DNA of 64,000 nt from Candidatus Iainarchaeum sp. (GTDB lineage: Archaea > Iainarchaeota > Iainarchaeia > Iainarchaeales > UBA10219). A program made the translations under genes and the position numbers. Where the stretch lies: positions 32,001 through 96,000 of the forward strand of contig JAGVWE010000003.1 of the NCBI GenBank assembly GCA_018304425.1, read 5' to 3'. The notes under the pieces were generated by a model. It saw nothing but the letters and a program-made list of their open reading frames with translations, did no database searches and was not told where the DNA came from. Position 1 is the first letter of the stretch; the number at the start of each line of letters is the position of its first letter. Positions 18,644-28,349 of this stretch are shown here, one piece after another.

Positions 18644-19012
18644 TCAGGGCCCCGCGTATTTGGCCAGCAGGGCCTTCAACTCAGGCAAGTCAAAGGGCTT
18701 CATGATGTAGCCGTCCGCGCCCGACTTCTTGCATACTTCCTTGATGTTGACGTAGGCCGAGAAGAGGATGACGGGCAGGGCCTTCGTTTCCGGGCTGGAC
18801 CGGAGTTCTTGGACGAGTTTCGGCACGTCCAGGTTGGGCATGACGACGTCCTGCAACAGCAGGGCCGGCTTGTTCTTCCGGACGGTTTCCACGATTTTCT
18901 TGGCGTCGTCCACGGTGACGGACGGGTAACCGAAGACCTGCAGCAACTGTTTGGCGGTTTCCAGGATGTCGGGCTCGTCGTCCGCAATCATCACGAGTTT
19001 CTTGGAAGCCAT
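18644..19012 (-). CDS. Single-domain response regulator receiver
   Basis: IADDE, LLQDVVMP, FSA and YIMKPF motifs. AGGAG SD upstream. Confidence 0.93.
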   Translation of the reverse strand: MASKKLVMIADDEPDILETAKQLLQVFGYPSVTVDDAKKIVETVRKNKPALLLQDVVMPNLDVPKLVQELRSSPETKALPVILFSAYVNIKEVCKKSGADGYIMKPFDLPELKALLAKYAGP

Positions 19013-19055
19013 GCTCATTCTCCTTTCGTTCAATGAAAGACCGATGTCCTTAAAT

Positions 19056-20354
19056 TCAGCCATCCTGCCGGAACGGCAAGGCAAAGGAAAAAGTGGTTCC
19101 CTCGCCCAGGACGCTCTCACACCAGATCCGGCCCTTGTGGGCCTCCAGGATGCCCTTCGAGATGACCAGGCCTAGGCCGGAGCCCTTGACGTTCACGCTG
19201 GAAGTGGAACTGGCCTGGAAGAAGGGCGTGAACAGCTTGCGCTGGTCTTCCACGGAAATGCCAGGCCCGTGGTCGGAGACGCTGACCCGGACTTCGCCTT
19301 CCCGCTTCTCCAGGGAAACCAGAATCTCCGTGTCCCTGGCTGAGAACTTGATGGCGTTGTCCACCAGGTTGGTCAGCACCTGCGTGATCCGGTCGGGGTC
19401 GAAGAAGAAGTCCGGGCAGTCCCCTGCTTTCACCCTGATTTTCACGTTCTTGACCGAGGCAATGGGTTGCTCGATTTCCACCACGTAGTCGATGGCTTTC
19501 TTGAGGCTGGCCTTGACCGGGAGGGCGCTCATCTTGCCCGCGCTGATCTTGCTGACGTCCATGATGCCGGCAATGAGTTTCTCGAGGCGCAGCAGGTTGC
19601 GCAGCACCATCTCCAGGCTGCCCTTCTGGTTCTCCGAGACGCTGCCCAGGTAACCGCTCATGAACATCTGGAGCTGCGCTTTCATGGGCGTCAAGGGCGT
19701 GCGCAGCTCGTGGGAGGTTACGCTCAAGAACAAGTCCTTGGCCTTGTCCAGGGCCTTCAACTCGGCCTGCTGCTTGAACAAAAAGCCGGCCAGGTAGTAG
19801 ACGGCGAAGGCAATCAGGTAATTGAACAATAGCGTGGAAAACAGGTGGGTCAAGACGTACACGGGGTTGTACACCAGCTGGGTTTCGACGACGAAGCCCT
19901 CGGCCGGCAACAGCTTCGTGTACTCCAAGGCAACCGCGAACAACAGGAAGGCGTTGGCCAGGCTCGCCGTGACCAGGGCACGGTTGCCACCCAGGGAAAT
20001 GCCTTCCACGACGATCAAGAAGAGGTAGAGCCACAGGAACGGGCTGTTGAGGCCCCCACTCAAGTGGATGCCGCCCGTGGCCAGGATGAGCATGCTCACG
20101 CTCTGGATGTTGATGGCATACGACAGGTGCTTGCGGGGCTTGTAGAACTGCAGGTAATTGAGGCAGGCGATGCCCACCGCGGCCAGGTCCAGCAGCAACA
20201 CCAGGATGAGGGAGTGCTTCTTGCTCACCACCCAGAGGAAAAACACCACCAGGGCAATGAAAGCCCCCAGCACCCAGACAAAGGTGAGGTTGTTCCGCAG
20301 GGCGCTGGCCAGCCGCTGCTGCTGTTCTGCCTCCGTTTCCTGCTCGCCGGGCAT
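19056..20354 (-). CDS. Membrane sensor histidine kinase
   Basis: About six N-terminal TM helices, SHELRTPLT, NLVDNAIKF, DHGPGI and GSGLGL. Confidence 0.95.
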   Translation of the reverse strand: MPGEQETEAEQQQRLASALRNNLTFVWVLGAFIALVVFFLWVVSKKHSLILVLLLDLAAVGIACLNYLQFYKPRKHLSYAINIQSVSMLILATGGIHLSGGLNSPFLWLYLFLIVVEGISLGGNRALVTASLANAFLLFAVALEYTKLLPAEGFVVETQLVYNPVYVLTHLFSTLLFNYLIAFAVYYLAGFLFKQQAELKALDKAKDLFLSVTSHELRTPLTPMKAQLQMFMSGYLGSVSENQKGSLEMVLRNLLRLEKLIAGIMDVSKISAGKMSALPVKASLKKAIDYVVEIEQPIASVKNVKIRVKAGDCPDFFFDPDRITQVLTNLVDNAIKFSARDTEILVSLEKREGEVRVSVSDHGPGISVEDQRKLFTPFFQASSTSSVNVKGSGLGLVISKGILEAHKGRIWCESVLGEGTTFSFALPFRQDG

Positions 20355-20407
20355 GCGTAGGATTAACGGAAAACCCGTATATATACTTAAGCCTTTTTGC
20401 GGCAGGA

Positions 20408-21202
20408 ATGGGTATGGACCTGGTTCACGCGCGCAAGCTGGTGGCCGAAGCCATCCAGAACCAGGAAATGCTGATGGTCATCGGCGACTGTTACGTGGAG
20501 TACTGGGGGCGCGCGGCCTCCAAGCTGCCGCGGGGGAAAAGGCTGTGCCTCATCAAGGGGGATGGCTCGTTCGGCATCCACCAGAACAAGAAGCTGCGGC
20601 CCGTCAACTACATGATGGGCGCGGCCATTGCCTCGGAAGTCAAGGACGGCTGCCTGCTCCTGAGCGCGAAAAAGGCCAAGCCCAAAGAAGAAATAAGGGT
20701 CCACTTTTACGCCGTGGACGGCGTGCACCGCTATGCCATGGACGACCGGGAAGACGTGCGGCTGTTCGGGAGCGAGCGGGAGCTGAGCGGCCAGCTGATG
20801 ACGGACCTGAGCTTCATCGAGCCCGGCCTGACCCCGATGAAATCAGAGGCGCCCTTCCGCAAGGGCACGGTGGACATCCTGGCCGAGGACGGGAGGGGAA
20901 GACTCGTCGTCATCGAAGTCAAGCGCCGCAAGGCCGAGTTCGACGCCGTGACGCAGCTGGAACGGTACATGAAGCAGGTGCGCAAGCTGAAGGGCCGCGA
21001 GACCAGGGGTTTGCTTATCGCACCCGAAATCAGCCCCCACGCCCTGGAGTTGCTGGAACAATCGGGCCTCGAGTTCTACCAGTTCGACTACGAGGTGGGC
21101 AACCCCCGAGCCACCATCAAGGGCGTGCGGAAAAAGCAGCCCACCCTGAGCGAGTACCTGGGCACGCCAAGCGCACCGCTCCTCTCCCGGGGCAAGGATT
21201 AA
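20408..21202 (+). CDS. nucS: Endonuclease NucS/EndoMS
   Basis: C.VEYWGRAASKL, IKGDGSF.IH, RPVNY, VDILAED, VIEVKR and AVTQLERY motifs. Confidence 0.95.
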   Translation: MGMDLVHARKLVAEAIQNQEMLMVIGDCYVEYWGRAASKLPRGKRLCLIKGDGSFGIHQNKKLRPVNYMMGAAIASEVKDGCLLLSAKKAKPKEEIRVHFYAVDGVHRYAMDDREDVRLFGSERELSGQLMTDLSFIEPGLTPMKSEAPFRKGTVDILAEDGRGRLVVIEVKRRKAEFDAVTQLERYMKQVRKLKGRETRGLLIAPEISPHALELLEQSGLEFYQFDYEVGNPRATIKGVRKKQPTLSEYLGTPSAPLLSRGKD

Positions 21203-21238
21203 ATTAGGGTGGGCGGTAAATGGATGGGGAGCCTTCGC

Positions 21239-22120
21239 ATGTACCCTGCCAGACCCGTCTTGAAGCCCAACCTCGTGCAGGTCGAGGGCATTGACTTCTG
21301 CAACGCCAAGTGCGGCATGTGCCCGGTGCCGGTGTTGAAGCGCGCCAAGGCCCTCATGAAGATGGACTTGTTCCGAAAAATCATCCAGGACTGCGTGGAA
21401 GTGAAGCCCCTGCAGGTGATGCCGTTCCTCAACGGGGAGCCGTTCCTCGACCCCCTTATCTTCGAGCGGATTGCCTGCATCAACGAGTTGCTTCCCAACA
21501 CGTTGGTCAAACTGATTTCGAACGCGGAATTGCTGGACGAACGCAAGCTGGACAAGCTCCTGGCCCTCAAGGTCGGCATGGTCTCCTTCAGCGTCAACGC
21601 GTACTCGGCCAAGGCCCACCGGGAAGTCATGGGCCTCGACCACGGGAAGGTCATGGCCAACATCGACCGCTTCATCGAGAAGAGCCAGGGAAGAATCCCT
21701 TACAAGGTCACCTTTGTCTCGCAAAAAGAGAACCTGTTCGAGGAACAGGCCTTCAAGGACTACTGGCACCAGCGGGGCGTGCGGGCCACGGCCCTGCGCC
21801 TCCAGGACTTCGGCGGCCACGTGGACCTGGGAAAAAAGGATTCCCTGCAGGGAAGAATTAGGAGACTCTTCTCCGCCTTGCAGGGCCAGTCCAACACGCA
21901 TGCCTGTGGCAAGCTCTTCAACCACCTCACGGTGATGGCCGACGGGAGGGTGAACCTCTGCTGCTTTGACGCGGAAGGACAGGTTATCGTGGGCGATTTG
22001 AACGAACAGTCCGTCATGGAGGTCTGGAACGGCGAAAAACTCGACGGAATCCGGCGCATGCACTTGGCGGGGAAAAGGCCGGAACTGCCCCTGTGCGGCA
22101 CCTGCACGGCCATGTATTGA
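21239..22120 (+). CDS. Radical SAM protein with SPASM/twitch domain
   Basis: CNAKCGMC, NGEPFL, C-terminal C...DGRVNLCC..GDL..CGTC. Start could be 21209, 21224 or 21239. Confidence 0.9.
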   Translation: MYPARPVLKPNLVQVEGIDFCNAKCGMCPVPVLKRAKALMKMDLFRKIIQDCVEVKPLQVMPFLNGEPFLDPLIFERIACINELLPNTLVKLISNAELLDERKLDKLLALKVGMVSFSVNAYSAKAHREVMGLDHGKVMANIDRFIEKSQGRIPYKVTFVSQKENLFEEQAFKDYWHQRGVRATALRLQDFGGHVDLGKKDSLQGRIRRLFSALQGQSNTHACGKLFNHLTVMADGRVNLCCFDAEGQVIVGDLNEQSVMEVWNGEKLDGIRRMHLAGKRPELPLCGTCTAMY

Positions 22121-22134
22121 GCAGAGCCACCCGG

Positions 22135-23562
22135 TTAAGCGGGAGTGCGTGCTCTTGAAAAGAACAGGCAGCAGGCGAGGTTGGCGGTCACGATGAACAG
22201 GGCCGCGCCCACGATGAGCACGGGGCTATCGACCAGGTTGCCGTAGACGAAGGCCGGGAGTCCGAAGAGCAGCGAGCAGCCCACGCCCCACAAGGCGCCC
22301 TTGGCCGTCAGCTTGTCCCAGTAGAGGCTGAGGATGGTGGGCACGATCATCGAGGAGGCCACGGCCCCGAAAATCCAGAACAATTGCTTCAAGCCGAAGC
22401 CCGGCAGCCAGGCCGCGGCCAGGGCGACGAGGAAGCCCGCGGCAAGGATGAGGAGCATCCCCACCTTGGGGTGGCGGAGGTCGTGGGAGACCACGTATTT
22501 TTTGGCGTCCACCGCGTACAGCGAGGAGAACGCGTTGAGCGCCGAGTCCATGGTCGAGGCCAGGCCGGCCAGCAACATCAGGAGGAAAGCAAGAAGGAAG
22601 CCGCTGGGCAGCAAGTGTGCGACCGCGAGGACGCCAATCAGGGAGGCGTCCGTGCCCTCTGGCAACGCGATTCCTGAGCCCGGCGCGGCCGCGAGGAATC
22701 CGAGCACGGACAAGGCGATGGGCACGATTCCGAACAAAAGCGCGCCCCCCATGAAACCTGGTACCACGGACTTTTTCTCGAACGCGAACACCCGCTGCCA
22801 GAACTGCTGGTCGGATAGGGAGCCCGCGATGAGGCCAATGGAGGTCACCAGGCCGAAGGAAAAGGCGACGCCGGGGTCGAAGAGGTCGGAGTGTTTTCCC
22901 GTCACGCCGCCCAGGCCAGCCCAAACGGCTTCAAACCCGCCCCCTGCGGAGAGGGCTGAGGGAACTACGATGGCGATGCCCACGAAGATGACGGCCAACT
23001 GCACGACGTCCGTAACGATGGAGGACCGCAGGCCCGAGAGCCAGGAATAGGCGAGGACAATCGCGGCCAAGGCCAGCATGGCGGGCAGGAGCGGGATGCC
23101 TGTGAGCAATTGCACGAGGTTGCCGCCCGCGAACAATTGCACGGAGACGGCCATCAATTGGTAGAAGCTTTGGCCGAAAAAGTAGACCTTGCGCAGCCGC
23201 TGGTCGCCCAGCTTTTGGCCGATGAATTCTGCGAAGGTGTGGCCCTGTTGGAATTGTGCGCGGATTTTCGGCGCCAGCAGGATGAAGATGGCCACGGCGA
23301 CGATGTTGGGCGCCGTGAACCAGAAGATGCCGGGCAGGCCAAGTTGGTAAGCCATCTGCGAGGAGAGGAAGAGCGCCGGGGCCCAAATCCAGGAGGCCGC
23401 AATGCTCGCGGCGCCCATCCACCAGGGAACGTTTCTTCCAGCCATCAGGAAGTCCTCAGTGGACAGGCGCTCGTGCCGGGTGAAGAACCAGGTGATGAGC
23501 AGCATGGCGAGTCCGAAGACTGCCAAAACCAACCAACCATCGAACGCGGAAATGAAAGCCAT
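22135..23562 (-). CDS. Sodium:solute symporter family transporter (Dur3-like)
   Basis: FLMAGR, SIAASWIWA, SGLRSSIVTD, DQQFWQR and ASTMDS motifs; about 13 TM helices. Confidence 0.9.
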   Translation of the reverse strand: MAFISAFDGWLVLAVFGLAMLLITWFFTRHERLSTEDFLMAGRNVPWWMGAASIAASWIWAPALFLSSQMAYQLGLPGIFWFTAPNIVAVAIFILLAPKIRAQFQQGHTFAEFIGQKLGDQRLRKVYFFGQSFYQLMAVSVQLFAGGNLVQLLTGIPLLPAMLALAAIVLAYSWLSGLRSSIVTDVVQLAVIFVGIAIVVPSALSAGGGFEAVWAGLGGVTGKHSDLFDPGVAFSFGLVTSIGLIAGSLSDQQFWQRVFAFEKKSVVPGFMGGALLFGIVPIALSVLGFLAAAPGSGIALPEGTDASLIGVLAVAHLLPSGFLLAFLLMLLAGLASTMDSALNAFSSLYAVDAKKYVVSHDLRHPKVGMLLILAAGFLVALAAAWLPGFGLKQLFWIFGAVASSMIVPTILSLYWDKLTAKGALWGVGCSLLFGLPAFVYGNLVDSPVLIVGAALFIVTANLACCLFFSRARTPA

Positions 23563-23632
23563 CTTTTGCAACCCCCTCACGGAGTAAAGTGAATCCTTAA
23601 ATACTTGCAGCGGCCCCCTTAAAGTAAATATG

Positions 23633-23650
23633 TGGTGGCAATTGCCACCA
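23633..23650. promoter_or_regulatory. Perfect 18-bp palindrome, candidate operator
   Basis: TGGTGGCAATTGCCACCA, between the divergent symporter and TrmB genes. Confidence 0.7.
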
Positions 23651-23692
23651 AAAATAGATAGCGTTATATAGGGGTTTGAAGCCAATATACGC

Positions 23693-24430
23693 ATGTATTC
23701 CAAGGCATTGGGGGAACTTGGGTTGAGTCCCAACGAGGCCAAGGTCTACGAGGCCCTGCTCGACCTGGGCCTTGCCTCCATTGACAAGCTAGCCGTGCAG
23801 AGCCAGGTACACCGGCGGAACGTCTATGACTCCGTGGAAAAGCTGGTGGCAAAGGGCCTTGCGAGCCCCGAGTTCCGGGAAAAAAAGCGGTTGTTCAAGG
23901 CCACGAATCCCAGGCGGTTGCTGATGCTGGTCAGGGAACGGGAGGCGCTCGTGGAATCGGTGCTGCCCGCGCTCGAGCAGAAGTTCCAGAAAGCCGTGGT
24001 CGAAGAAGAAGCCGTCATCTACCACGGCTTCGAGGGCGTGAAGAACTACTTGAATGACTTGCTGGAAGTCGGCGAACCCGCGTACTTCCTTGCGGCGAAA
24101 GGCTATTGGCTGCACCCAAAACTCAAATACTTCACGCCGAAATTCGACCGGGAACGCGTGAAGCGCGGCATTCCCATGCATCACTTGTTCGACGAGGAAG
24201 TCAAGACCCGGTGTCCGGAGATACTGAAACTGGAGCTCAACCACTACCGGTTCATCCCAAAAGAATTCGGCAGCCCGGGCCTGGTCGACTTCTTCGGCGA
24301 CCACGTTTACCTCTTCCATGTCGTGGAAGACAACCCCGTGCAATTCAAAATCGTCTCCAAGCCCATCGCGGAAAGCTTCCGCACCTATTTCCGGTTCATG
24401 TGGCAATTCGCCGAGAAGGGAAACGAGTGA
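23693..24430 (+). CDS. TrmB-family transcriptional regulator
   Basis: LGLSPNEAKVYEALL...HRRNVYDSVEKLVAKGL winged HTH plus a C-terminal effector-like domain. Confidence 0.88.
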   Translation: MYSKALGELGLSPNEAKVYEALLDLGLASIDKLAVQSQVHRRNVYDSVEKLVAKGLASPEFREKKRLFKATNPRRLLMLVREREALVESVLPALEQKFQKAVVEEEAVIYHGFEGVKNYLNDLLEVGEPAYFLAAKGYWLHPKLKYFTPKFDRERVKRGIPMHHLFDEEVKTRCPEILKLELNHYRFIPKEFGSPGLVDFFGDHVYLFHVVEDNPVQFKIVSKPIAESFRTYFRFMWQFAEKGNE

Positions 24431-24451
24431 CGCCTGCAGCCAGGCCGCCGT

Positions 24452-25717
24452 TCACTTGAAGTAGTTTGTCTGGCCCCGGGCTTCCAGGCCTTCCTCGATG
24501 CGGAGCAACTGGTTGTACTTGGCGGTGCGCTCGCTGCGGCAGGGGGCACCCGACTTGATCTGGCCGCAGCCCAGGCCCACGGCAAGGTCCGCGATGAACG
24601 AATCCTCGGTTTCCCCGCTGCGGTGCGAGACCATGACCTTCCAGCCGTTTTTCCTGGCCAGGGAAGCGGCTTCAAGGGCTTCCGAGACCGTTCCAATCTG
24701 GTTGACCTTCAACAACAAGGCGTTACAGGCCTCCTCCATCAGCGCCTTGCGGATGCGCACCGGGTTGGACACCAGCAGGTCATCCCCGACCACCTGGGCC
24801 ACGTTGCCCACTTCGGCCGTGAAGTCCGACCAGTTCAGCCAGTCATCCTCCGCGAACGGGTCCTCAAAGGAGTAAACGTCGTAGGTCTTCTTCAAGTCGA
24901 AGTAGACTTCCATGAGCTCGGGCCCGGAAAGCCGTTTGCCCGCCAACGTATAGGCTTCATCGGCGTAAAACCCGCTGGCCGCCGAGTCCAAGGCCAAGCG
25001 CACGACATCCGAGTAACCGAGTTCCTGCACGGCCGACAAAATCAATTCAATGGGCTCCCGGACTTCCTTGAGAGGCGGAGCAAAGCCACCCTCGTCGCCC
25101 ACATTGACTGCTTGCTTGCCGTACTTGGCCACTATTTTTTTCTTGAGCGTCTGGTAGATTTCGGCCACGATTTGGATGCCTTCCGCGAACGACTTGGCGC
25201 CCAAGGGCATGACCATGAATTCCTGGATGTCCAACTCGTTGCCGGCGTGCGCGCCTCCATTGATGAGGTTGCTGGCAGGGCAGGGAAGCACGAACCGGTC
25301 GTTGGCGGCCAGGAAGCCGATGAACTCGTGCAAGGGAATGCCTTGCACCCGCGCGCTTTCCCGGCAGGCCGCCATGCTCGCGGAAAGAATGGCGTTCGCG
25401 CCCAGCCTCGACTTGTTGGGCGTGCCATCCAGGGCCAGCAAGGCATTGTCCACTACCCTTTGGTCGGTTACATCCAGGCCCACCAAGGCCTTCGCAATGG
25501 CCGTGTTCACGTTGGTTACGGCCATCGTCACGCTCTTGCCCAGGAAACAGTGGTCGTTGTCCCGCAGTTCCAGCGCCTCGTGAACGCCCGTGGAAGCCCC
25601 ACTGGGCACCATGGCCCGCGAGAAGCCGCTGGATGTGTGCACCTCGCATTCAACGGTTGGGTTGCCGCGGCTGTCCAGGACCTGCCGCGCGAAAACCCGG
25701 GAAATCTTTTCAACCAT
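24452..25717 (-). CDS. eno: Enolase
   Basis: DSRGNPTVE, PSGASTG, GDEGGFAP, VGDDL, LLKVNQIG and SHRSGET motifs. Confidence 0.98.
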   Translation of the reverse strand: MVEKISRVFARQVLDSRGNPTVECEVHTSSGFSRAMVPSGASTGVHEALELRDNDHCFLGKSVTMAVTNVNTAIAKALVGLDVTDQRVVDNALLALDGTPNKSRLGANAILSASMAACRESARVQGIPLHEFIGFLAANDRFVLPCPASNLINGGAHAGNELDIQEFMVMPLGAKSFAEGIQIVAEIYQTLKKKIVAKYGKQAVNVGDEGGFAPPLKEVREPIELILSAVQELGYSDVVRLALDSAASGFYADEAYTLAGKRLSGPELMEVYFDLKKTYDVYSFEDPFAEDDWLNWSDFTAEVGNVAQVVGDDLLVSNPVRIRKALMEEACNALLLKVNQIGTVSEALEAASLARKNGWKVMVSHRSGETEDSFIADLAVGLGCGQIKSGAPCRSERTAKYNQLLRIEEGLEARGQTNYFK

Positions 25718-25761
25718 GTTTGGTCCGCCTAGATTGACGCCCACACTTAATTAAAGCTTAA

Positions 25762-26499
25762 TCAAAGTTTTACGCTGGCCTCCCCTATGCGGGGCAACCG
25801 GTTGACCAGGCCCGAGACAATCTTGTCGCCGATGAGCTGCTTGCGCATGCGGCCATAACAGAAGGCGTCAAACGCGCCATAGCGGGGTGCGGGAAACTTG
25901 CCCAGCACCAGCTTCCAGACGTCCGGCCAGGCGCGCTTGAGATAGGTCAGGCCCCCAATCATTTCCTGGGGCGGCTGGTTGCGCTCGCTCAGGGAGTCCT
26001 TGACCAACGCGAAATCGATTTTCGAGACCAGCCGCGTGTAATAGCCGTCCGTCCACAGGTCGTGGCCAATGAGCACCATCCGCTCCCGGGGGATGCCGGA
26101 GACCGTCGCATAATTGGTTATCGCCACCTGCTTGAAGTACTCGTCCTTGAATTCGGGGTCTTTTTCCAGTTGCGTGAGGTAGCGCTGCCGGTCGAGCTTT
26201 TCCATGCCCTCGACGTAGCTGCCGGTAACCGAGTGGATGCGGGCCTGCCGGAAGTGGCCGGAAACCCCGGAAGCCGCCTGCAAGCGCTCCAGGGCCCGGG
26301 TCTGGCTGGAAGAAACGAGCAAGTGTTTTTCGAAGTCGAAGGCGTCCTCCAGGTGGGAAAGGTTTTCCAGAATTTCCCTGACCTTGCCGAAGGCATCCGC
26401 CTTGGACTGCACCTGGCCCGGCACCAGGACATCGCCCAAGCAGAAAAACAGGCATGTCTTCTTGAGCTGTTCCTGCCGGATGCCCTTCACCGAAAACAT
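25762..26499 (-). CDS. Hypothetical protein, degenerate HAD-like fold
   Basis: LFFCLGDVLV (motif I-like) and VLIGHDLWTD (motif IV-like). Confidence 0.55.
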   Translation of the reverse strand: MFSVKGIRQEQLKKTCLFFCLGDVLVPGQVQSKADAFGKVREILENLSHLEDAFDFEKHLLVSSSQTRALERLQAASGVSGHFRQARIHSVTGSYVEGMEKLDRQRYLTQLEKDPEFKDEYFKQVAITNYATVSGIPRERMVLIGHDLWTDGYYTRLVSKIDFALVKDSLSERNQPPQEMIGGLTYLKRAWPDVWKLVLGKFPAPRYGAFDAFCYGRMRKQLIGDKIVSGLVNRLPRIGEASVKL

Positions 26500-26563
26500 G
26501 AACCATGAGAAGGCACAAACCTATTTAAACCCTTGACCACCCAAGTCTATTGTGTGGGATGGC

Positions 26564-27514
26564 ATGGCCGAACCGCTCCTGTTTTTCACCGGAAATTCGA
26601 ACCCCGAACTGGCCAAGGAAATCGCTTCCCACTTGAAGGCGCGGCTCGGCGACGCAACTGTCACCAAGTTCCAGAACGGGGAAACCTATGCCCGGTTCAA
26701 CCAGAGCGTGCGCGGCAAGGACATCTTCATCCTGCAGAGCCTCTGCGAGCCCGTGAACGATAACCTCATGGAGCTCCTGGTGCTGGCGGATGCGGCCAAG
26801 CGCAGCAGCGCCGAAACCATTAACGCGGTCATCCCCTGGTACGGCTACAGCCTCCAAGACCGGCAGACCCAGCCCAGGGAACCGATTACCGCGAAACTCG
26901 TGGCCAACCTCCTGCAGACCGCCGGAATCAACCGGATACTCACCATGGACCTACACGTCGGCCAAATCCAGGGCTTCTTCGACATCCCCGTGGACCACGT
27001 CACGGCAATTCCCTTGTTCGCCGACTACTTGAAGAAGCAAAAACTGCACAACCCCGTGGTGGTGAGCCCGGACGCGGGAGGCACGAAACGCGCGCGCATC
27101 CTGGCCAAGGAATTGAATGCCCCCATCGCCATGATTGACAAGCGAAGGCCCAAGCCCGGCGAAGCCGAAATCATGAACGTGGTGGGAGAGGTAAACGGGA
27201 AGACCTGCATCGTCGTGGACGACATCGTCAACAGCGGTTCCACGCTGGCCCCGGTATCGAAGGCGCTGCTGGCACGAGGGGCCACCGGCATCTACATCTG
27301 CGCCACGCATCCCATCCTCTGCGGACCCGCGGTCCAGCGGCTGAAAGAAACCCAGGCCAAGGAAATTGTTTTGACGAACACCATTCCCGTTTCCAAGGAA
27401 AAGCGCCTGCCAAACGTGCGCATCCTTTCCGTGGGCAAACTGCTGGCGGACGCCATCCAGATGATGCACGCCCACAAGTCGTTGAGCGACAAGTTCGAGC
27501 AGCCCCTCCAGTAA
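26564..27514 (+). CDS. prs: Ribose-phosphate pyrophosphokinase
   Basis: FQNGE, PWYGYSLQDR, MDLH..QIQGFF, VSPDAGG and VDDIVNSGST motifs. Confidence 0.97.
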   Translation: MAEPLLFFTGNSNPELAKEIASHLKARLGDATVTKFQNGETYARFNQSVRGKDIFILQSLCEPVNDNLMELLVLADAAKRSSAETINAVIPWYGYSLQDRQTQPREPITAKLVANLLQTAGINRILTMDLHVGQIQGFFDIPVDHVTAIPLFADYLKKQKLHNPVVVSPDAGGTKRARILAKELNAPIAMIDKRRPKPGEAEIMNVVGEVNGKTCIVVDDIVNSGSTLAPVSKALLARGATGIYICATHPILCGPAVQRLKETQAKEIVLTNTIPVSKEKRLPNVRILSVGKLLADAIQMMHAHKSLSDKFEQPLQ

Positions 27515-27520
27515 TCGAGG

Positions 27521-27739
27521 ATGATGGACTTGACCAAGTGCGGTTTCTGTGGCGCTCTTGCGACCAAGATGAGCGACGAGGGCTTCCCGTCCTGCGCGCG
27601 GCATTCGGGAAAAAAGGCGGCTGCGCCTTCCTGCCCTGACTGTGGTTCCGTGATGGCCCTGCGCAGGGGCAAGTTCGGGAGCTTCTGGGGCTGCATAACC
27701 TACCCCAACTGCATCGGCATCCGGAAGATGGGGGCATAG
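27521..27739 (+). CDS. Small Zn-finger protein with topoisomerase-type C4 ribbon
   Basis: CGFCG...CARH followed by CPDCGSVMALRRGKFGSFWGCITYPNC. Confidence 0.8.
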   Translation: MMDLTKCGFCGALATKMSDEGFPSCARHSGKKAAAPSCPDCGSVMALRRGKFGSFWGCITYPNCIGIRKMGA

Positions 27740-27744
27740 GCAGG

Positions 27745-28173
27745 CTAGGGCTTACAGTAAAGCCCTTTCAGCCCGGTGGCTTCCTCGGTTTTGCGGTAAA
27801 CCCGGGCTTTGGACGCCAGCAGGGTTATCTCGTTGGTCACATGCACCACGGCATTGAATAAATGGCCGCCCCAGGCCTTGTGACCCGAGTCCCCGATGCA
27901 GGCATGCAAGTGGAAGTCAAAGCCTTTTTCGGCGTTCCGCGAAAACAGGCCGGAGAGGGCCACCAGTTCGACGGCTTCCTTCCACGTTCGCCGAAGATAT
28001 TCGCCTTTTTTCACGAAATAGCCGAGCTCGCACTCGCCGAAGGCGCCTAGGCCTGAGGCAATGACGGCTGTCCGGAGTTTGTGCTTCCGGCCCACGGCTT
28101 CAAGGGAGGCGTGCACGTTTTCCCCTGGAAACAAGCGCACGAAGACCAGGTTGCCTTGCATTTTGGACTGCAT
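27745..28173 (-). CDS. PPC/DUF296 domain protein
   Basis: VRLFPGE, ELVALSG, HLHAC and GGHL motifs. Confidence 0.9.
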   Translation of the reverse strand: MQSKMQGNLVFVRLFPGENVHASLEAVGRKHKLRTAVIASGLGAFGECELGYFVKKGEYLRRTWKEAVELVALSGLFSRNAEKGFDFHLHACIGDSGHKAWGGHLFNAVVHVTNEITLLASKARVYRKTEEATGLKGLYCKP

Positions 28174-28349
28174 CTAACCACAAGAAAAACGACGGATGCC
28201 CTTAAATAGGTTGCTAAAAAAAAGGCCGGGAAAAAAAGGTGCAAGTATAAAAACCTTCCCGGCCTGTCGATGTAACAATCAATACAAAAAAAATTTTGTC
28301 ACGCGGTTAACTTAACAACTCGTGCAAGTTTTACAAAGTCTTTTATAAA

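Noticed and set aside
21239-22120. Radical SAM/SPASM as a RiPP maturase together with TldD/PmbA
   Set aside because: No adjacent precursor peptide was seen, and tldD/pmbA are about 9 kb away with unrelated genes in between.
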